Source: Candidatus Latescibacterota bacterium (GTDB lineage: Bacteria > Latescibacterota > UBA2968). Taken from it: 17,399 nt of DNA. Made by a program: the position numbers and the translations under genes. Where the stretch lies: positions 1-17,399 of the forward strand of contig JAYODI010000104.1 in assembly GCA_038279365.1 (NCBI GenBank), written 5' to 3'. A model generated the notes under the pieces. The model did not search any database. It was not told where the DNA came from and saw nothing but the letters and a program-made list of their open reading frames with translations. The stretch's first letter is position 1, and every line of letters starts with the position of its first letter. Shown piece after piece: positions 12,924 to 17,399 of this stretch.

Positions 12924-15908
12924 ATGAATCTCTCTCCCTTCATCCTAAACCCCCACCAAACCCAAGCCGTAGAATCTCCCCTTGGCCCCATGCTCGTCCT
13001 CGCCGGCCCAGGCACTGGCAAAACCCGCGTCCTCACCGAACGCATTGCCTACCTCATCTCCCACCACAAAATTGCCCCCCAAAACATCCTCGCCCTCACC
13101 TTCACCAACAAAGCCGCTGGCGAAATGACAGCCCGCCTTATTCGTGCTTTAGGTGAAAACACAGCCGAAGCTGTCTTTATGGGCACCTTCCACAGCTTTT
13201 GTGTACACGCCCTGCGCGAACATTACGAAACGGTTGGCCTGACCGAGCACTTTGGCATTGCTGATGATGAGCTTCAACGCACATTGCTCTATCGCGCCTT
13301 TCCACGCCTCAATCCGAATGAAAGCAATCTCAACAACGTGTTACAAACCGTTGAGCGCCTCAAACGCCAAAAACGTTATCACCCTCATATTCCTATGAAA
13401 AAGGGTGATCAAAACCTCTTAGACACGTATGCGTCTGAACTCAAAAAAAACCGTCTGGTTGATTTTGATGATCTCATCTATCTCACACACGATCTTCTCC
13501 AAAGCCACCACAGCATTTTACAGGCTTATCGGACACAATTTCAACACATTCTTGTAGATGAATTTCAAGACACAGACCAAGAACAATATGCGCTCATTAA
13601 AATGCTCGCACAAAAACACCACAACATTTTTGTGGTGGCCGATGACGAACAATCCATTTTCAGTTGGCGACACGCCGACCCTGAAAACTTAACCCGTTTT
13701 CAAGAAGATTTTATGAACGGTGAAAAGCCCATTGTTCTTGAAGAAAACTATCGTTCGGCCGCAGAAATTTTGAATCTTGCACGTGCGTTTATTGCAAACA
13801 ATCCTGTGTTGTTTGACCGCACGGTATACACGCAAAAAACAGGCTCACGCGTACATGGCATGATTTTCAACTCTTTTCATGAAGAAGGTCAATTCATTGC
13901 CGCAGACATTTGGGAACGCATTCGTGAAACCGCCGACTTGGCTCATCACGACATTGCTGTTTTATACCCACAACATGCGATTGGCGGCGAACTCGAAAAA
14001 ATATTTATGGCTGCCAATGTGCCTTGCCAAATGTCGCACAAACGTGGCCTGTTTGATCAGCCTGTTATCAAACGTGCTCTTTCGGTTTTGCGCTATGCTC
14101 TTGACGGTGAAAACGATGCGAGTCTCGAAGTTTTTTTAAAGCGTGAGTTAGAAGGGGTCGATCCTGCACTATATCCTGCTATTCGAAAATTTCAATTTCA
14201 AAAAAATATCAGCACGTTTAAACAAGCTGCTTTTTTATATCCCCGCACGGTTTCTGAAGAAGAAGGATTAGAGGTGTCTCGCGCTTTGGGGCTTGCCGGC
14301 GTTGTACACAATGCCGTACAAAGAGGCGCTGTTTCGTCACTTCCCAATCTCGTTGACGATATTTTAGACCAACTCAATACTTCTCATTTACCTTCTTTAC
14401 AAAATCATCTTGATCACATTATAGATCCGCTCGATTTACCTGATATGGATGCGATGATCAAACGCACATTGTCAATATATCGCAAAGGAGGCACTTTTTA
14501 TATTGCTTGTCGCGACGAAGTGTTGCGCCATTTGCTCACCACGGTTATTCGCGATGCGCTCTCTCGCCCAGGTGTTACCATTAGAGAAGCAGATCCTGGT
14601 AGCCGTTTGGAATTGGGTTCTGATGCACTTGTTTTGTCGTTTGATCAAGCCCCGCCCAAATCCACCGATGTATTTTTGCACCTTGGCGCAATGGCCACGC
14701 ACGTAGGCCCGATGTTGGTGGCCTTTAAGTTTTGCCAAGCCATCACATGCATCGATATTCCTGCAACGCTGACCGATTACACAGTTTTAGACATTCGGGC
14801 TACGCACGACAATCCTGAACAAGCTGAAATGGTTGAAATCGGTGCGATCCGTATTCGCAACGGTCAAGAAACAGAGCACTTTCACACTTATGTTCGGCCG
14901 CAAAACAGCATGGGTGATGGCCCTACTTTTCAAGAAGTATATCTCACCTTACAATCTTTTGTGGGCATTGATGTTATTGTGGCACACAATGGTTATGCGT
15001 TTGATTTTCAGGTGCTTTATCGCGAAGCTCGACGCAATGGTCGGGCACGCCTGCCCAACCCGACCTTAGACACCTTGCCAATGGCGCGTTGTTATTGCCC
15101 CAATGCAAGTGCTGATTTGACATTGTTGTGTGAGCGATACCATATAGAAAAACCTCAAGTGGATGCCACAACCACGCAAACCTGTCATACTTTATATCAA
15201 ATATTTGAAGCGCTAAAAAAAGAACGTGCTTCACGTTATCGTCGTATGAAATTTGAACGTCTCTTAGATCAAGTGGCACTGGGTATGTTGTTTCAAAAGC
15301 TTTATGCCAAAGACGCACGTTTTTCACTTGAAGATCATTTGCATTTTAATTTGGGTGCACAACGGTTGCTGGGGCCAGCTAATTTGTGTATTCGCAATCT
15401 TGTAGAAAAATTTCCTCGCTTAGACACCGATCGTTTGCGCAACCAAACGCGCATGCTCTTGGGAGAAGACCCCCGCCCAGAGGTTTTGGCCCTTCATGCA
15501 CCAGATCAGATACAACGCTTTCGCGATCTTTCTGAGCGTCATGGTGCACATGCCATTTCTTTGCAAGAAGGCATTCGCAACCTGCTCGATTTTGCCGATC
15601 TTTATCGTGTGGAAGGCGAGCTTGTTTTGCGCAATGCCATTCACTTGCTTACCCTGCACGCGGCCAAAGGTTTGGAATTTCGCGAAGTTTATGTTTGTGG
15701 CTTGGAAGATCGCATGTTGCCCAGTGCACGTGCGCTTAATAGCGATAATTCTAAAGAGATGGAAGAACAACGTCGCCTTCTGTATGTGGGCATCACCCGC
15801 GCGATGGATCGCCTCACCCTCACGTGTGTACGCCATCGCCCTGGTCGCAACCTTTCACCTTCGCGTTTTTGGGAAGAGCTTCAACTCGAACGCGATGAAT
15901 CATCATAG
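12924..15908 (+). CDS. UvrD/PcrA-like SF1A DNA helicase with inserted degenerate DEDDh (DnaQ-like) exonuclease domain
   Basis: LNPHQ (Q), AGPGTGKT (I), TFTNKAA (Ia), TFHSF, VDEFQD (II), DDEQSIFSWR (III), ENYRS (IV), TLHAAKGLEF (V), EQRRLLYVGITRA (VI). Insert at about 14775-15216 with VEIGAI, VAHNGYAFDF, DTLPMAR. Confidence 0.92.
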   Translation: MNLSPFILNPHQTQAVESPLGPMLVLAGPGTGKTRVLTERIAYLISHHKIAPQNILALTFTNKAAGEMTARLIRALGENTAEAVFMGTFHSFCVHALREHYETVGLTEHFGIADDELQRTLLYRAFPRLNPNESNLNNVLQTVERLKRQKRYHPHIPMKKGDQNLLDTYASELKKNRLVDFDDLIYLTHDLLQSHHSILQAYRTQFQHILVDEFQDTDQEQYALIKMLAQKHHNIFVVADDEQSIFSWRHADPENLTRFQEDFMNGEKPIVLEENYRSAAEILNLARAFIANNPVLFDRTVYTQKTGSRVHGMIFNSFHEEGQFIAADIWERIRETADLAHHDIAVLYPQHAIGGELEKIFMAANVPCQMSHKRGLFDQPVIKRALSVLRYALDGENDASLEVFLKRELEGVDPALYPAIRKFQFQKNISTFKQAAFLYPRTVSEEEGLEVSRALGLAGVVHNAVQRGAVSSLPNLVDDILDQLNTSHLPSLQNHLDHIIDPLDLPDMDAMIKRTLSIYRKGGTFYIACRDEVLRHLLTTVIRDALSRPGVTIREADPGSRLELGSDALVLSFDQAPPKSTDVFLHLGAMATHVGPMLVAFKFCQAITCIDIPATLTDYTVLDIRATHDNPEQAEMVEIGAIRIRNGQETEHFHTYVRPQNSMGDGPTFQEVYLTLQSFVGIDVIVAHNGYAFDFQVLYREARRNGRARLPNPTLDTLPMARCYCPNASADLTLLCERYHIEKPQVDATTTQTCHTLYQIFEALKKERASRYRRMKFERLLDQVALGMLFQKLYAKDARFSLEDHLHFNLGAQRLLGPANLCIRNLVEKFPRLDTDRLRNQTRMLLGEDPRPEVLALHAPDQIQRFRDLSERHGAHAISLQEGIRNLLDFADLYRVEGELVLRNAIHLLTLHAAKGLEFREVYVCGLEDRMLPSARALNSDNSKEMEEQRRLLYVGITRAMDRLTLTCVRHRPGRNLSPSRFWEELQLERDESS

Positions 15909-15953
15909 TTTTACATTTAAAATTGCATACCGTTTATAAGAAAGTTTAGACAC

Positions 15954-17399
15954 GTGGAACAACTTGCATTGTATAAGGCCCGAATGGTTGTTGGCATTTT
16001 TTTATTTCTGCATTTGGTTTTTATTTTTTGGCATCCGGGTTATATGTGGGGTGTTGACTTTTTGGCGTATTATCCCTTTTGGCAAGGTATTGTTGTGTGT
16101 TTTTTGAGTATGGCCATTTTTTTTCTGCCACAATATGCAAACACTGTTTTACACCAAATTGTATTGTGCACTTCTGGCCTACGATTGATCGGCTTGTTTA
16201 TACTCGCAGGCATTTGTTTTGTCGTCTTTCAAACGCCCACCCATCTGCTTGGAGATGGTGCACTTTTTTTGCGCGAGTTGGCTACTTTACAAGACAACCA
16301 AACCTGGTCACGCCCCAACCGTTCCCCTGTTGTTTATGCCCTTATTGAAAATATATACCACACATACCCAATCACACCTCTTTTAACCTATCAAATCTAC
16401 AGCTGGATATCTGGATTTGTTTATTTATACACGGTTATTTTTTTTAGTAAAAAAATAGGACAAAATAAGGTCGAAACGGCTTTGCTGTTGTGTGCCTTGT
16501 TATCGTCTGGGATTGTTATTCAGTTTTTTGGGTATGTGGAAAACTATGTTTTGTTGTTTCCTGCCATTTTAATGTTTCTCTTATTGGGTTTGCTCGCACT
16601 TCAAAATAAGTGTCACATTTTTATATTTTCTGCTTTTACAGGTATTCTGTTTCCGATTCATTTTGTGACTTTTGCTTTTTTGCCTGCTTTTTGTGTTGTG
16701 CTTTATTTTGTTATTTTCAAATTGCAGACAACAAAGCTTTTAATACATCTTGTAAAAAGTGTATTTTGCTTCTTGATCACGCTATCGGTCTCTGCCTTTT
16801 TGTTTGTGATCGTTCGTTTTGATTTTTTATCCTATTTACAAGAACCCAAACCTGCTCACCTGCTGTCATTCTTTGATTTTGAAACCGCATACGGTTTCTT
16901 CTCTTTTGCACATGTGTTAGACATGGTTAATCTGTTGATGCTCATCAGTTTGTTCTCTTTGATGGTTTTGTGCTTTTTATTGCCAAAATGGAAGTTTGTC
17001 CCCTCATATTCCAATCTCTTTTTATTTGGTGCAACACTTTTTCCTATGGGTATGGTTGCTGTGGCCAACCCCGAAATTGGTTTTTTTAGAGACTGGGATG
17101 CTTTTCTTTTGTTGCCATACCTTTCACCGTTTTTCTTTTTTTTCTCTTACGTGATCATTGTGCCAATACAAACATCTTGGCTCAAGTTGGCATCCTTTTG
17201 ATTGGCGGTGCTGTCATCCATACGCTTTTGTGGATGGGCATCCATGTAAGCAAACAAAAGTCACTTCAACGTTTTGAGGCCATTCTCAATGCCCACATTG
17301 TTCCGCCAATTGCATCGGCTTTTTCTTGGGAAACTTTGGGCATTTATTATCGGCAACAAAACGATCTCCTCTTGGCACAAAAAGCCTATGAAAATGCGC
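15954..17399 (+). pseudogene. Polytopic membrane protein with TPR-like C-terminus; apparent -1 frameshift near 17102-17110; runs off the window end (pseudogene or sequencing error)
   Basis: Roughly 10-11 hydrophobic segments, motifs HLLGDG, FFGYVENY, RDWD. The annotated frame stops at 17201, but the -1 frame is open from 17090 to the window end and reads SFVAIPFTVFLFFLL...HTLLWMGIH...WETLGIYYRQQNDLLLAQKAYENA. Confidence 0.65.

Noticed and set aside
12924-15908. Helicase as part of an anti-phage system (Gabija GajB-like) or AddA/RecB
   Set aside because: No adjacent OLD/TOPRIM nuclease or partner subunit and no C-terminal PD-(D/E)xK nuclease; neighbours do not look like a defence island.

Overview
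Bacterial chromosomal window with about 16 protein-coding genes and no rRNA, tRNA, CRISPR array or intact mobile element. The dockerin-like 'D-x-N-x-D-G-x-I-N-F-x-D-F' repeat, PhyH and FG-GAP genes suggest Ca. Latescibacterota or a related lineage (inference only). The left part (1-8.5 kb) encodes an MlrC/M81 peptidase, AlkB-like dioxygenase, SurE, DapA/NanA-family lyase, a PhyH dioxygenase coupled to a 97-aa unknown protein, a MORN-variant protein, an FG-GAP protein, an alpha/beta hydrolase and a P-loop kinase. The right part encodes a Gfo/Idh/MocA + SDR pair, a histidine phosphatase, a secreted dockerin-like protein, a 994-aa UvrD/PcrA-like helicase and a membrane/TPR protein. Most interesting: (1) the helicase carries an inserted DEDDh exonuclease-like domain that has lost its catalytic residues; (2) the upstream secreted protein looks like a zincin with its HExxH motif erased; (3) several intergenic spacers hold 7-mer inverted tandem repeats and other repeat remnants beside RBSs; (4) strand skew flips from strongly G/T to C/A within the window, with an extreme C-rich patch at the helicase 5' end; (5) the last gene has a -1 frameshift in a T-run separating the membrane domain from a TPR-like tail. 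Family calls come from motif recognition only; no database searches were run.
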